From the human T2T-CHM13v2.0 reference genome, Homo sapiens: a DNA stretch of 64,000 nt. The translations under genes were made by a program, and so were the position numbers. The notes beneath the pieces were generated by a model, which saw only the letters and a program-made list of their open reading frames with translations, was not told where the DNA came from and made no database searches. The stretch lies in the NCBI RefSeq assembly GCF_009914755.1, contig NC_060925.1. One strand, written 5' to 3'. The number at the start of each line of letters is the position of its first letter. Within the stretch, counting starts at the first letter, position 1. Positions 15,680 through 29,562 of the stretch are shown here, piece after piece.

Positions 15680-15922
15680 TTAGAGTTTCTTCAGGAAATT
15701 CCCTGACCCCTAGATTGAGTTAACATTCTCTCCTCGCCTAGTATGTCCTTAAAAACATAATAAAATTCAACTATTGCTACTTTTGTTACACTGAATGACT
15801 TTTGTTTGGAAATGTCTAAAATCTGTGAAGTCAGAGATTAGTCAGTTTTGTCCATCCTGTAAGCCCTAGCACCTATGAGTGCCTGGAACATTCATTATTA
15901 AATGAATAAAGTAATGAGTAAA
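15680..15922 (+). mobile_element. L2 3' fragment
   Basis: caggaaattccctgacccc...ccctagcacctatgagtgcctggaaca...aatgaataaag. Confidence 0.55.
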
Positions 15923-18900
15923 AAGTTTCAGTCTATTCTTGTTTTTATCTTGTCAAAAATAACTCTTCTTCCTCAGTCCATGTAAGCCATCTAAAACTTT
16001 TCTACTCATTCCACAGTTGCCTGAAAATGTGAAGATCAGAAATGGACTGAGGCAAAAGTGATAATGAAGACATTCTCATAGGCGTTGGGTTCCGAGATCA
16101 ATTCCTTAAATTTTAAAAGATTCTTGCTATGATCTCATCTTTAATCCATAATGTGTTATTCATTTCTCTATTTTTCCTTGATGCTCCAGAAGTATATTCT
16201 TTAACGTGGCTTTACACACCAAAGTAGACTAGATTTTCTGCCTGTTAATGATGATGGGCTTCTTACTTACAGTATAGTACTGAGTTGTGTTTCTTATTCC
16301 CATCCCGCAATGTGTGTATGTGTGTGTTTCCTGATAATACAGGTAAAGCACTGATAAATGAAGATAAATTGTTGGCTTTGTTCCAAAACAAGCTTATTGT
16401 TCTAGGACCCCAAACTGTCTCAAACATCATTAAGAAGCAGCAGGCCACCTAAGGTTGTGCATCAATTAGCAATTAGGTCACACATTGGGTGGTTGCAGGC
16501 ACTCAGCCTTTGGCCTTGTTCCTCGCAGCACACTCAAGCAGGGCACCAGTATCCAAACAATGCCCACCCTGTTGTATCTTGTTCCTTAATTGGGACAACT
16601 TAGAGATGCTAATGTGCACAGGCAGACTCTGTCCTCCAATTAGGCCTCATTAGTGACTCCGACAGTGGTGACCACTGCAAAGTGATATTTGCTCTTGGGA
16701 AGGCTTTGTGAGGTATTCTGAGTTCCTGCAGGGGAGAAACAAGGCTGCATTTTACACTCTGCCCAGCAGCCAGCTCCTTCTCTCAATTTTCTACAGCTGC
16801 TGTCAGTTGGGGCTGGCTTTACCTTCCATGGCTCAGATACTATACCATGACTCCTGCTACCTGGGGTGGTCGTTTGGACATTCTTACAGATAGCCACATA
16901 TAGAGGACTGGTTTCTGTCTCCCACTTTGGCCCTATCTCTCCCCTTTCTCTAATTTTATTTGAAATACAGAAAATGTTTTCAGAGACAGGCCTGTGGCAC
17001 TGAAAGTTAATACCACCCTGAATTCTGTAGTGTCCCACAGTAATTTTCATCTAAAAGGCAACAAATTGAAAGTAATAAACTTGAGAAATGCACAAGAAAT
17101 AAAGAATGCAGTTATTTTTAATTTTTAAAACATGTTTCAAGGATACTTCAAAAAAACAAATTGAGAAGGCTGCTGTTGACTCTTCACAGTGAGAAAGTGG
17201 TTGTTGTTCTAACTAAATTGTGAGAAAGGCACATATCCACACTAACAGAGCACTTTTTGTAGATATTCTAGTCTGTGTACACTTAGTTTCAAAGGAGACA
17301 CAATGTAATGCATCATTACGCTTCCTAACACAAATCCATCTGGGTTATACCACGGTTAGAATTTACCCCCACAGTCCTGGTGGAAAGAGCTCCTCCTTAG
17401 GCCAGGCTGGCATGGCAACATTTTCTTACATTGGGATGGGGCAGGACTGGAGGAATGTGATTAGAGCCTACTGCTGCTATTCTCTCTGTTCACTCAAAAG
17501 TCATAATCTTTGCCTTAATATTTTTATATTTTTTTCTTAAGCATTGAGGGAGTTGAATAAATGTACTTTAATAAATAAGACTGGGGACAAATTGGGTGAT
17601 CCATAATAGGGGACATTCAAAAATGGCAGATCTGAGTGTCATTTGCTTGTAATTGCTTTTCAAATTAGTTTGTTGTTTTTGTTTCATTTTTTTTGTTATC
17701 ATCCACATTCCAACAGCTGCCTAAACTACTGGCATTGCAGGATGTATCAAGACATTTGCCATCTAAAGAGCCATTAGGAGAATAATAAGGGTAGGACTTT
17801 GTTGGCCATTTCCATCATGTGATTTTTTTTCCCCTAGTTACTTGCATCCTTCTTCCTGCCCCCTTGACTTGTATGAGCAGTTGCTGCAGAGATGGCAGGA
17901 TGTCAATGCCCCCAAAATTGAACCTGTGATTTGTTTTTCTTTGATTTATGTGCTTGTAGTCAATAAACTTTATAAAGGAAAGTATCAGACTGAACAATCA
18001 ATCAAAGATAAACAGATTCCTGTCCTTTAAAAGCATTTCAGCCCAGTAGGTGAGTCTCATTCATCTTTTGCAGGCATGCTTTCGGCCTTTCCATTGAGAC
18101 ACAACCGACTGCTCACTACAGGCAGCTTTTCTACCAAAGGGCTGCTGCAGTTGAGCTGAGATTTATCAATTTCATGGCACCAGTGGTCCTGACATGGTAT
18201 CATTTTCAGGATCTAAATGGTTAAGCATGCTGTTTGTATGCTGAGACCTGGGCTTTCCATATACCTGAAAAGAGAGAAAGGTGACTAGTTTTAAACACTT
18301 TATACTGTATAATTCTATAAAAATTCATATTGTCCATTTTTTTTCTATTCTAAAAAGCCAAATCCCTTCCCTGCGAAGGAGAATTCCCTCTTCGTTCTAT
18401 TAGTGGTTTCTGAATCTGCCTTCGAATAAGGCAAATGTCATCCTGCGTGTTTTGCTTCTCTGCAGCACAGATGGTGTGCATATGCAGATTGGTGATTTTC
18501 TAATCAATACAGTGGCACTTGGGAATATCTGTAAGTATTGTAATAATGCATTAGTCAGGAGTGATGTTGTAACACACTGAGATCATACACATAAATCTAA
18601 GACACCATGTCTAGACACTCCAGGGAAGATGGTATGGCATGGGTTAGAGCAGGCATTAAAGGAGGGCAATATTTCAAATATGATGGGAAAATAATGCAAT
18701 TTGCAGACTTTAATAAAACCATTGGGGAATTAATTTCAGTAGGGGCACATTCTCTCCCCAAACATTCGCGTTCTTATGTTTGCTTCATGGACATTTGTAA
18801 TGAGATACTTTTCACCTGTTATCTCAGGCATAAACACAGAACGGGATCTGTGAATTGAGCTGGTTTTTTATGTGCTGAATATGAAAATAATCCCTTCATA

Positions 18901-21900
18901 GGTAGTTCTTTAGCTGTACAAAAGTGCATTATGCAAACAACACATAGACAGAATAAACCTTGGAGATTCAGAGTCAGAAGAGCTTATAAATTAATCTCCT
19001 AAGTACACCTTGAGCATGCTTAGAGAGTACGTTCAGTCATAAAAACTTGACCAACTGAACCTGCAAAGTTTTAATAGGGGTGAGTTTGATGATGAAAAAT
19101 GAAAATGATGTTAAATGTATGCCCATTTTAACACTGCCCAAAAGTTTCAGACTGGTTTCACTCTCTGCTGGCTCCAATGCCATTTGCTGTCTAGCCCTTC
19201 GTTTTTAATCAACCAAGCTTTCCTTAAATTCTGCAGGCTAAAAACTGTCCCAAAGTTAGGTATTCATTCTGACACAAATGCTTTGATAAAAATGTTAAAT
19301 TAAATGTAGCCAGAAATGAAACCTGGATTTCCTCGCAGAAAACAGATATAGAATGTATGGCTTCCTCCGTCAGTCCCTTTCCCAGTAAGTTTCAAGCATT
19401 TACACAACAGGCTCCTGGTCCAACAGACCGCTTAGTCTGTCTTCTGGTTGTCATTTTAGTCCACCTCTGCCTAACTGAAGTCTCCTCAAGTCTCAGGCCA
19501 GCTCTGTGCTTCCAACACTCTGGAGGCTTTTCAATTAAAATGTGAGAGAAGCAAAGGCTAGATGGAATCAACCCAATTATCTTTGTAGCCATAGAAATGC
19601 ACATGATAAATGAACTCCCACCTTTTCCTTTCTGATGACAACTTGAGCTCTGAATAGAGGTGTGATTTATTTTTTTCATTTTTTGGTGAGTGTGAGAAAG
19701 AATGCGGTTTTCTATAGTGTAGAGTGAAACACCACTTACTTGGCAAAATATCTCAAGGCATAACGCTTCCAGCACCTGAACAATTTGGTTCCATGAAGGC
19801 TTAAGCTTAGATATATTTTTTTTTCCTCGGACTGCTGGTCCAGAGGGGAAATACATTGCAGCATCTCATTTGTCGATGTCTTTTCTTACAATTGTAGTGA
19901 TTCATTTCCTATTTTGATTTTTAAATTTGTGTTTCCAGATATTTTGCTCTGCATCTTTCCTTCAAATGTTGCTTTTAAAGGGGGAATAAGTACACACACC
20001 GAAATTTATTTAACCGTTTAAGCCCTTGACCGACTTCCCTGTTGGTGGAAGTTCATTTGATCTGCATTACTAACACTGGACACACATTTTGAGAGAAAGG
20101 ATAGGAAGCTCAGCAAGAGTAAAGATCAATCCACAATTTTCCATATCCCTCAGTTCTTAGATCATTGACACACACCCAGTGGTCACTTTGTAAATGCGTT
20201 TGTTTCAGGAAATGACCATGGACAGCCTCAAGAGCAGTAGCGTCCACTTAAAACAAGAAATAATTGCCTTCCCTTTCAAATTGAGGAAATACATAATATT
20301 TCAGTCCTATATTTCTTCTAGAGGTCTTATTCTACTCCATTATTTTCTTTTTAACTTCAACAATCTTTTTTGCCAAATGCAGAGTACATGAGTCAGTGTG
20401 TCCCTTTTTCTTCATTAGCCTGCCTACAGTTTGCAATATTGCTGGAGTTTATTCCAGCTGAAGTTTTAGTCACATAATAATCAAAACTTAAGCTGCATAT
20501 TCCTTTTAAGTTTTATCCCTGTCCTATTCTAGGGTCATTTTAATTTATTAGTTAGAAGTTTAAACATTTAATGACAGCTATCAAAGTATATGTTTAAGAA
20601 TATGTCCCTGCAAATACTAACAAACTCTTTTATTTGACTCACTTTTAATAATCCAATCCATGAAAATCTGATTACCCAATGTCAGTTTCTCCTGACTCCA
20701 TAAAAATTTGAAATGATAATGTAACCACAGAGATAATGTATATTCACTTTTGTTTAGCACTTTATAGTTTACAAAATGCATTTGGGAATATGAGAAAGAG
20801 TCTTGGTTGGGGATGAAGGAGAGAAACAGCAGTGATTATCAAATAGCATTTATGCATGATACTTCTAATGGGACCATGCTCTGGGCCCCAGCTTGGAGAG
20901 GGAGGATGAGAGATCTTTGTGAAGGGTTGAGAATCGCATTATGAGAAGGAAGAGATCTTGAAAAAGAAACTTCCCCTCTGGGTTGGGGGCCAGTGAGGAA
21001 ATTGTAACCATTTCAAGCAGATCACAAAAATAGAGAGTTCCTTATACTGTAGGCAAACAGAAAAAAAAAATTATTTTTCACGGGACAAAATTTATTTCTA
21101 CATTTAAAACTAGATGCATTATTGTGGGTAGTTGATCCCCAAACGCATCAAAGCTGCTTGACTTACATAATGACAACCTTTGAAGATTACACTTAACTAT
21201 CTTTCTCAGCATAGGAAGATTAGTGTGATAAAAGTACAAAGGGAACAAAATAAACAAAAGACCCTGATTATTTTGGCTTAAGGCTTTGTCCCTGTTAAAA
21301 TGCAAATGTCTCTATGGAAGATAACAGTTTATTAGTCATTTACACTTCAATAATAATGATATTATCAGATTCTCACCAGACAGATTTTAATCCACGTCTT
21401 AAGAGACCAATGACAGAGGGTACCTCAGAAGAATGAAGAGTGTGTCAACTAATTGGGGAGGGTGGGTAGGAAGCCCAGGCAGGGGAGTTATAATAACAGG
21501 AAGCTGAATAAACTGAAAATTTGATTCTTTGCTTACCAATTATGCCCTGAGCTACCCTGCTTTTGCCATTGCATCCCCAGAACTTGAGACTACAACACAG
21601 GTACTTCTAAAATAAATCTTTCTTTGTATACACTCCACTAAATTCAAAACTGAAAAAAAGCACTAAGAGCTATTTTCCCAGCGTGGGACAATATGCACAG
21701 AAGGTATTGAGTCACACAGTGAAAATACAGATTTCCCATCTTGTGGTGCTTAACAGGAATGCTGGGTTCCCTCTGTCTCCTAGTTCTTATTTACCTCCTG
21801 TTTTCTTCAGAAGAGCAATGCATCATCAGATGGCAGATTACTGATTAGATCAGTCTTAGACTCAGGAATATCCACACTAGGCCCTCTATATACAGAATCT

Positions 21901-22373
21901 GCCATTTCAAAGTCTATGTCTTTCTCTCCCCACCCCCAAATCATTTTAAACAACTGACAATATAAAATGCTTAGAACAATGCTGAAATTCACTTGAATTA
22001 CTCACAAAATGTCTCTATGTTGTTTTTCTGTTTTTATGCAACTCCCTTTTTTCACTAATTATGTATGCTAAATAAAAGGACAATTTTCTCCTTTATTTCT
22101 TTTCTAATATTTTGGAAGAGATAATGATTGTATACTATTCTATATCAATAATGCCACGCAAAAAGAAAATGTCATTCAAAAGTATCTGTGTGAAATTAAA
22201 TTGCCTAAACAGCTTGGTGAAGTGGATGTACAATGGACTTGTAAACCAAATCCGACCTAGTGCAGCTTCCTCTCCTGTAAGATAAAGGGGTTGAGCTCTC
22301 AGCAACAACAAACTGATTCCCTCTTGCAGGTCAACTCAGACCAATTGCTAGTGCTACCTGAACTCCTGTGTCT

Positions 22374-22588
22374 TTTTGGGTTGGTTTGTTTTTGTTTTTG
22401 AGATGGGGTCTTGCTCTGTCTCCCAGCCTGGAGTTCAGTGGTGTGATCATGCTCACTGCAGCCTTGAACTCCTGGGCTGTAGCCATCCTCCCACCTCACC
22501 TTCCTGAGTAGCTACAGGCACATCCCCCACACCCAGCTAGTTTTTAAATTTTATGTAGAGACAGGTTCTCATTATGTTGCCCAGGTTT
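22374..22588 (-). mobile_element. 5'-truncated AluJ
   Basis: ttttgagatggggtcttgctctgtc...gctcactgcagccttgaactcctgggct...tatgttgcccagg. Confidence 0.88.
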
Positions 22589-22792
22589 GCACTGCTGTTT
22601 TAAAATGGACTGTGATTCTCAGTCTGTGCTCTGCAGAAAAAAATTTCCATTATTCAGCAACATCTGCCAGAGGCAAGGACCTGGACCAGCAGGACCTGGA
22701 CCAGATTCTGCCACCCTAGAATGAGATGATGTTAAAATGCTCCTTTGAGTTTTGGAATCTTAATTCTCAGCCACAGAATAATTTGCATGTAT

Positions 22793-22796
<4 letters not shown>

Positions 22797-22832
<36 letters not shown>
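22797..22832. repeat. (CA)18 microsatellite
   Basis: Perfect CA run. Confidence 0.95.
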
Positions 22833-22835
<3 letters not shown>

Positions 22836-24479
22836 CTGAAAATTATCAATACTTTATATTTTAAGGAAAGCTGAAAATTATCAAGACTTATTTATATATT
22901 CAAAGTAAAATGAGTTAATAATGGGATCAGGTGAGGTTTACTGTGGCCTGTAGCACCTAGTTTATTTTTATGTATTTTTAAATATCTGCAAGTTTTGCCC
23001 CATCATCTAAAACAAACATTTTGCCAATTCCTAGTGCTTGAAATCAATAGCCACATAGTTCATTTCTATTTCTATGTGCTGATAGCACTTTGATGAAGTA
23101 ATTCCACTCAAATAAAGATATTTATGAAGTTTTGGATAAACTCATGTGTTTTCAGATGAGCCATACTTTTCGCCTATATATTCACACCTATCGTCAGCAA
23201 TTGTGACAACCAGTGTGTAAGTTCATTTTATACCAGCCCATTCAAATGTGTGATTGGTATTAAATTAGGAAATCCCATGTGATCACACCATATCACAAGT
23301 TGGGAATGACTTTGTGTTTGAGAGCTTAATTATCATTTTGTCACTTTTTAAAAGAAAAATAAATCTTAATCAGCAATATACCCTGTAAATAACGTTGTTC
23401 TCTTCACACTGAAAACCATTTAATTCCCCATTATCTCACTTCATTAGCCAAATGTCCTGTTTAGGCAAACTCTGAATAAGAAGCATATTATAATGAAGTA
23501 GGAAAATAATATTTAGAAACAGCCTTGAACAGAAAAGAAAAACCCAGCAAAACAGAAGTCCATGTAGATCTATGTATTTATCATACTCCAGGCTATTTCA
23601 GGAATCTAATTCTATTATGATTGACCTTGGAAATGCGAACAATTTTCACCCGTTGTACTAAGTAAATAATGAATTCTTGCAGACACAAAAGAATAAAGAA
23701 AGTTAGCAATTAGTTTTTTATGAAAGAATTTGAATATATGTAAGACTTTGGGCCAAACAAAGAAGGCTGTGGGAACCAGGAAAATCCTGTGTGTCACCAG
23801 CTCATCTCTCTATCTACCATCACCCTTTCCTCTAGAAAAATATCCTTTGACGTGCAGTGAAACATGAACAAGGAGTGCATTTAATTGGAAAAATTGTTAC
23901 AAAGAAGAGCCAGCTAATGAGTGTGTAAAGAAGGAAGGTGGCCCCCAAGGAGGAGGGGTGGAAGATGCCATGGGCCACAGGCAAACATGAACCCTTCAGA
24001 AATGGGTTAGCCTCTGCTAGCAAACTACTTTCTTCTCCCACTCAGATTTGCTTTCTCAGTCACTGCTTGCTCACCAGTATCAAGAGACTTGCCCTAAAAT
24101 AATGAGACCTAAGGCAATCACTCTAACAGAAATGACCCCTCACTGTCAAACTAAAGTGGTCCCCTCAACTAGAACAGAGTTTCAGGAACTGCTGTTCCCT
24201 TGACAGCTCAGAGAATGAGAGGGTATAGATGTCAAGCGGCCATTCCCGCTCCTGCTACTTCTTAACACTAGTGGAAGGAGTTATTGTAGCTCCTTTATAG
24301 AGATGAAAGCAACCCCACCCCAATGTGTGCACACGCACACACACTTACACACACATAGTATAAATGAGTGATATCCTTTGATATGGCTCCTCTTTTCCAG
24401 GCGTATCTCCAAGGGAGGATGATGCCTCTTACCCCAATAATACTAGTTTAATCATGTGCCTTGTTTGGCCAATGAGTGA

Positions 24480-24795
<316 letters not shown>

Positions 24796-24867
24796 AAATG
24801 ACACTTCTGAGTAAAAGGCGTAAAAACCTTCATGAGGTCACATTTTTCATCTTTCATGAATCTGGCA

Positions 24868-25064
24868 AACGGTTGCCAGGAAAAAAAAAATACAGGGCAC
24901 ATGATTAAATCAGAATCAGATAAACAACAAATATTTTTTGGCATAAGTCTATCCCAAATATTGCAACGGCCATATTTCTGTACCCAAAAATCGTTCACTA
25001 TTTATCTCAAATCCAAATTTAATTGGATGTTTTGTATTTTCATTTGCTAAATTTTGCAATCCAA
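24868..25064. mobile_element. MER53 palindromic hAT MITE
   Basis: ggttgccag...aatacagg...ttaaat..gaatcagataaacaac...taagtctatcccaaatattgca...tttatct.aaat.caaatttaa.tgga.gt..tgtatttt.atttgctaaat...gcaa.cc; degenerate 8-bp TSD atctggca/gtttggca. Confidence 0.85.
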
Positions 25065-26099
25065 GTTTGGCAGGATCCCAGATAATAGCTGCTGTATTGG
25101 CCAGTGTTCTAGAATAAAGAGAAAGTAAACAGGGCTTCAGCAGACCTACAGCCAACCTAAAATGTGATCAAGCCATTTAGAGTTGAGGGTCATTTGTTTC
25201 TGTAGTAAAATCTAGAAAAAGCTTACTGATAAAACTATCATTTTTCTTCATTAAGATTCTATTAAAGCCCATAGTAGGAGAAGTTAGGGAACACTCCTCT
25301 TTGGTACTAGTTTGAGTCTCTTCTACGTCCACTCTTCACATCAGTTTCTATGTCCTCTGCTCATCTACATTGGTCTAGTTCCATGTTGTTCAATGTTGCT
25401 TTGATCATTCCTTTTATTATCAGAGCCCCTCTGTTAATGACAGCTCTCAGTCTTCCAGCCTGCAACTAATGTGGCTTTAGCCTCCTTGGTACAGAGGTTT
25501 TTTCCCTGACTATACAAATTTCATCGGTAGTGTTTTTAATACTTTGCTTGTGTCAGTCAGTCCCTAGATGCCACTGCAGGAATTGGGTGCAAATTCTGCA
25601 CTGCACCATCAAGTGCCTGTCACCTCTATAGACATACTTACTTTAAAATGTATTCTGGTTGTACAACAGTGGTTTAACATTCCAGAAGTGCTTACTGGAT
25701 CCCTCTCGACTGAGAGTCAGGTATTGGCTTTACTGTGATGAACAACGCAGATGGGATAATTGGCCTCATGGAGTTTACAGTCTACAAGGGGAGGGGATGC
25801 ACAGACTTTACTTGATTTTTAAAAAATAAGTATATTACAGGATTTGTATGTTTTCTCCTCTTTCACCGTCATCCCTTCCAATTTACTCATGAGCTCTTTT
25901 CCTTTAAGTTATATTTCTGTTTTTCATTATCAAATGTCCCTATATCAGCAGCAGTTGGTGGTTAAAACTTTTTTATCTTCTGCCAATGTGAGCTTTTTAA
26001 TTTAACTTTTTAATGCTCCTTTAAACAAAATTTATAATTGGTTCCCTTAGGGAATATGCTATATTTTACTCTTGTATGTGTTAATTCAAATAAAATACA

Positions 26100-26620
26100 C
26101 TCTACCAAATGCTCACTTTCAGTGGATTCGGGGAAGGGAGGAAGTGTTGTAAAAAGAAAGGCATGGTCTCTGCCCTCAGAGAGCTTAGGTATAATTTCCC
26201 AGCAGGAATTAAAACCAAGACCACTGAAATAGTTGACTAATTATATATGGTACAAGTAGTAAATGTTAAAGAACTGGTTAAAATAACATGAGTTCTAAGA
26301 TTTCAGAGAATGGAGATCCTTCTGTAGACTCAAGAACTCAAGAGGTAGAAACTAAAAAATGTGGCCCAGAAGAATGACAAATAAGAGTTTTATTGGGCAT
26401 AGGGGAAGAGGCAGTCCTCTCAGTCAGGAAGCATGGCAAAAGAACTTAGCTGAGAACAGGTAGGGAGGAATTGTGTAGAAATGATGGCAAGTACTGTCAC
26501 AGGTAGCTTAGGGGCTTCTGTTAAGAGACTTTGAACCCCAGACTCAAGAGTTTGCACTCTAATGATAATAGGATACAAGTAAATGTTTTGAACCAGATAA
26601 TGACATGGCGAACTCTAATT
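26100..26620 (-). mobile_element. L2 fragment
   Basis: gcatggtctctgccctcagagagctta...gactttgaaccccagactcaagagtttgcactcta...gttttgaaccagataatgacatg. Confidence 0.6.
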
Positions 26621-26819
26621 TGCTTCTTCTTAATTATGCTGCTACTGTAGCCTTCATTTTTTGTAAGACAGAATCTAAACTTATATAGGCCTAGCTTTTA
26701 GCGTGTGTGTGCGTGTGCATCTGTGTTTGTATATGTGACTGTTTATTCATGGCCTTTAGACTGGTTTCTATTCAAAACTACAACATTTTCCTCTAATGGA
26801 CTTGCAGGAGGCAAAATGT

Positions 26820-27385
26820 ATTCATGATACATATTTTAGTTACAGGTGGCAGGAATTCAGCTTGAAAAGCTTTACTGAAATAGGAAAATTTATTGGGAGA
26901 ATAATGAGATATCCCCGAGAATCCAGGGGAAATCTAAGCTATGGAAATGTCAATGATACAATTGGGCTCAGGAACTATCCGGGAATAGAAGAATGTCAGG
27001 ATTCTCTTTATCTCTAGTCATTGTACCTTTTTATTCATCTGCTCCATTTTTCTTTCTCCTTGTGTAAATCAGTTGATTTACATTCTATGGCACAAAATTA
27101 ATGTGAGGAACTCTCAGATTAATTTACAGTTAACAACTTTAGTTTCAGGAGACAATGCCAGAACTCTCACTCTAAAATTCACAATCTCAGAGAAGGGGTT
27201 CAGTGGCCCAGATTGATTCAGGTTCTAACTTCTTAGAAGTCAACTGTGACCCTCTGTGAGGCAGAGTCATATTGTATAAAATCATTGCTCCTATGTTAAA
27301 AATGTGAATGCCAAGGGGAGATATTTCTAGAAAAGTTGAGGATGGACCACCAGAGAAGAAATGTGTCTTACACACAGAAGTGACC
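26820..27385 (-). mobile_element. Old MLT1 (J/K/L-like) LTR remnant
   Basis: ttttagttacaggtggcaggaattcagcttgaa...ggaaaatttattggga resembles the reverse complement of an MLT1J/K 3' end. Confidence 0.45.
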
Positions 27386-28194
27386 ATCTCAACCATCTTT
27401 TAATAAGGGAATATATAATTTTTACTAGAAGGGCACTTATTACACATGAATGCTAAATCGCCATCCAAAGCTTAGGCCACACTGAGGCCGTTTAGATAGG
27501 GTCTCAGAGCCTCATTGTTTCCTATATTTCTGCTCTATTATCTTACAAGTAAGTGTCTGGGTTCCATCTTTAACAGGAAGACAGAAAATGGCAACCTAGA
27601 AGATAGAACCCTGATGGAGAGGTGACTTGTGAATAAATATCCCTGAATAAATATTGGTCTCGGCCAATAGTTTCTACATTGCTGGAAGGTTCCTCCCAAA
27701 ACTGCCTTAGCCAAGGGTTCATTGGTCAGCTTGAGCATGTGATACAATGATTTATTTAATTGAAAGCAAGCAGAAACAGATGGGGACATCAGCTGCTACT
27801 GCACATTGGTTGCTACCACTGGAAAAATTGGTTGCTGTAACAAGCACACATGGGGAAAGAACAAAGTGTTGAGATTATCACAAATGGGATTATAAAGGTT
27901 AATACATGTGTATAGTTATTACTTTTCAAGCTATCACTAAGATTCATCTTTGAACTGGAAATCAGGATAAACATCTTAGAAATTTGAAATGGCAAGTGTG
28001 AAGTTTCTGTATTTACCTGTTTGCATGTATGTGTGCTCTTGCATTAAGCCTCTTAGTTTACTGCAATATGCATTTCAACTGAAAAATAAACTCATAGAAG
28101 CAGGAAGCTCGTTTAAAATTTTTTTGGCTACAAATCCTCCTCTCCCCACCACTTCTACCCATCTTTTGTGTCTAAAGCATTAACTGGACCCAGG

Positions 28195-28600
28195 AATTGT
28201 TCAATGAATATTTACTTATTGGTGGATTTATGACATAAATATTTTAGTAAGAATCCTCAGATGGTGATATGCAAAGTGAGTTGGGTAGTAGATGGAGAAA
28301 AGACTAAATATGGCAAAACACATTTGTCTCAGCTTACTAGTCTGTAGACATACTGATAAGGATCTCTACAGTCCGATGGCAATGGAGCTGAAAAGAAATA
28401 ATTGTTTTTCAAAAAGACAATGAATAAAAGGAATAATGGGATTTAGAAATTGTTTGGCTATTGTGTGTTCAGAAAAAAAATTAGTAAAAGGCAATGTGAA
28501 TTTTTAAACTAGGAGAATAATAGAGTTAGGGAAAACTAGAGGGAGATTTGAAGGAAGAATAAGTTTTAGGAGATTCAGAAATATTTAAGTGGAAATACCT
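28195..28600 (-). mobile_element. L2 fragment
   Basis: ttgttcaatgaatatttactta... followed by purine-rich, L2-like sequence. Confidence 0.4.
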
Positions 28601-28879
28601 AATCATATTTTATTATTATGACATAACATTTTCCAAAAGAAAGTGCCAAGATGCTTTAAAATGGATCTCAAGATGAACATGCCTACTGCTAAATAAAAGC
28701 TGATGTCTGGAAAATTATTATCTGAGATGATAATGCCATAAGATTTGATTCTTAAAAATTTGAAGCAAATTTTAACTAGACTATTACCATGCTTTAAATT
28801 ACGTATATGAATGGGGCTGGAAAACATTCAATGAAAAACTTCAGTAAACTGCCATACTAAATAGACCTATACTTTGATA

Positions 28880-29063
28880 TAGAAAAGAGAATCTGGATTT
28901 GGATTTCAAAGATTTGGATTCTTATCTCACCACTGCCACTAACTAGCTATGTAATGTTGGATAAGTCAGATACGCTGACTAGACTCAGTGGCCACCAGTA
29001 AAAAGACAATGTTTGTATAGATGTTCTCCAAGATGCCTTCCAGCTCTGAAATTCTCAGATTCT
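28880..29063 (+). mobile_element. MIR3/MIR SINE
   Basis: ctgccactaactagctatgtaatgttggataagtca...tccaagatgccttccagctctgaaattct. Confidence 0.75.
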
Positions 29064-29359
29064 ACTCTCTGTATGGACTTGCAGACTTGACTTTCAAAGA
29101 TGCTGTTCTGTGTTTTCACTTAATACAAGGCTAGTGATTCTGTTTGACACCCAGAGGTCTTATGGAACTAGGACTCAATTCATGAGAATGAACACATTTG
29201 ATGAGATGATGCAGTAATTGTGTTTTTTGTTTTGTTTTGTCTACAGTAATTCACAATGGCTACCTCAATTTAACCAGTCCCTCGTGGTTATAGTAATCGA
29301 TGATTTTGCAATATTTTTTGATTCTTTACTTACATATATTATAAGAATGTATCTTGGTA

Positions 29360-29562
29360 TGAAAGTTTTGTCACCAATGGAACACTTGGCAATCTCGGGA
29401 GACACTTTCTGTTGTCACATCTACTAGGGTGGTATTACTGGCATTTTGTGGTCAGAGATCTGAAATGCTGTTAAACATTCTTCAATGCACAGGACAATTC
29501 CTCTCTCTTCTAACAAAGAATTCTCCGCTCAAGATATCAATAGTGTCGAGTTTGAAAAACAA
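29360..29562 (+). mobile_element. MER20 hAT-Charlie MITE
   Basis: cacttggcaatctcgggagacactttctgttgtcac...tactggcattttgtggtcagag...gctgttaaacattcttcaatgcacaggaca...aacaaagaatt...tcaatagtgtcgagtttgaaaaac. Confidence 0.85.

Noticed and set aside
16640-17050. 136-aa ORF in unique sequence
   Set aside because: No recognisable domain or coding-like composition; the length is compatible with chance.
19392-19856. 154-aa ORF, the longest non-repeat ORF
   Set aside because: No recognisable homology or motif and no supporting gene structure. A de novo ORF cannot be excluded without Ribo-seq, but nothing here supports it.
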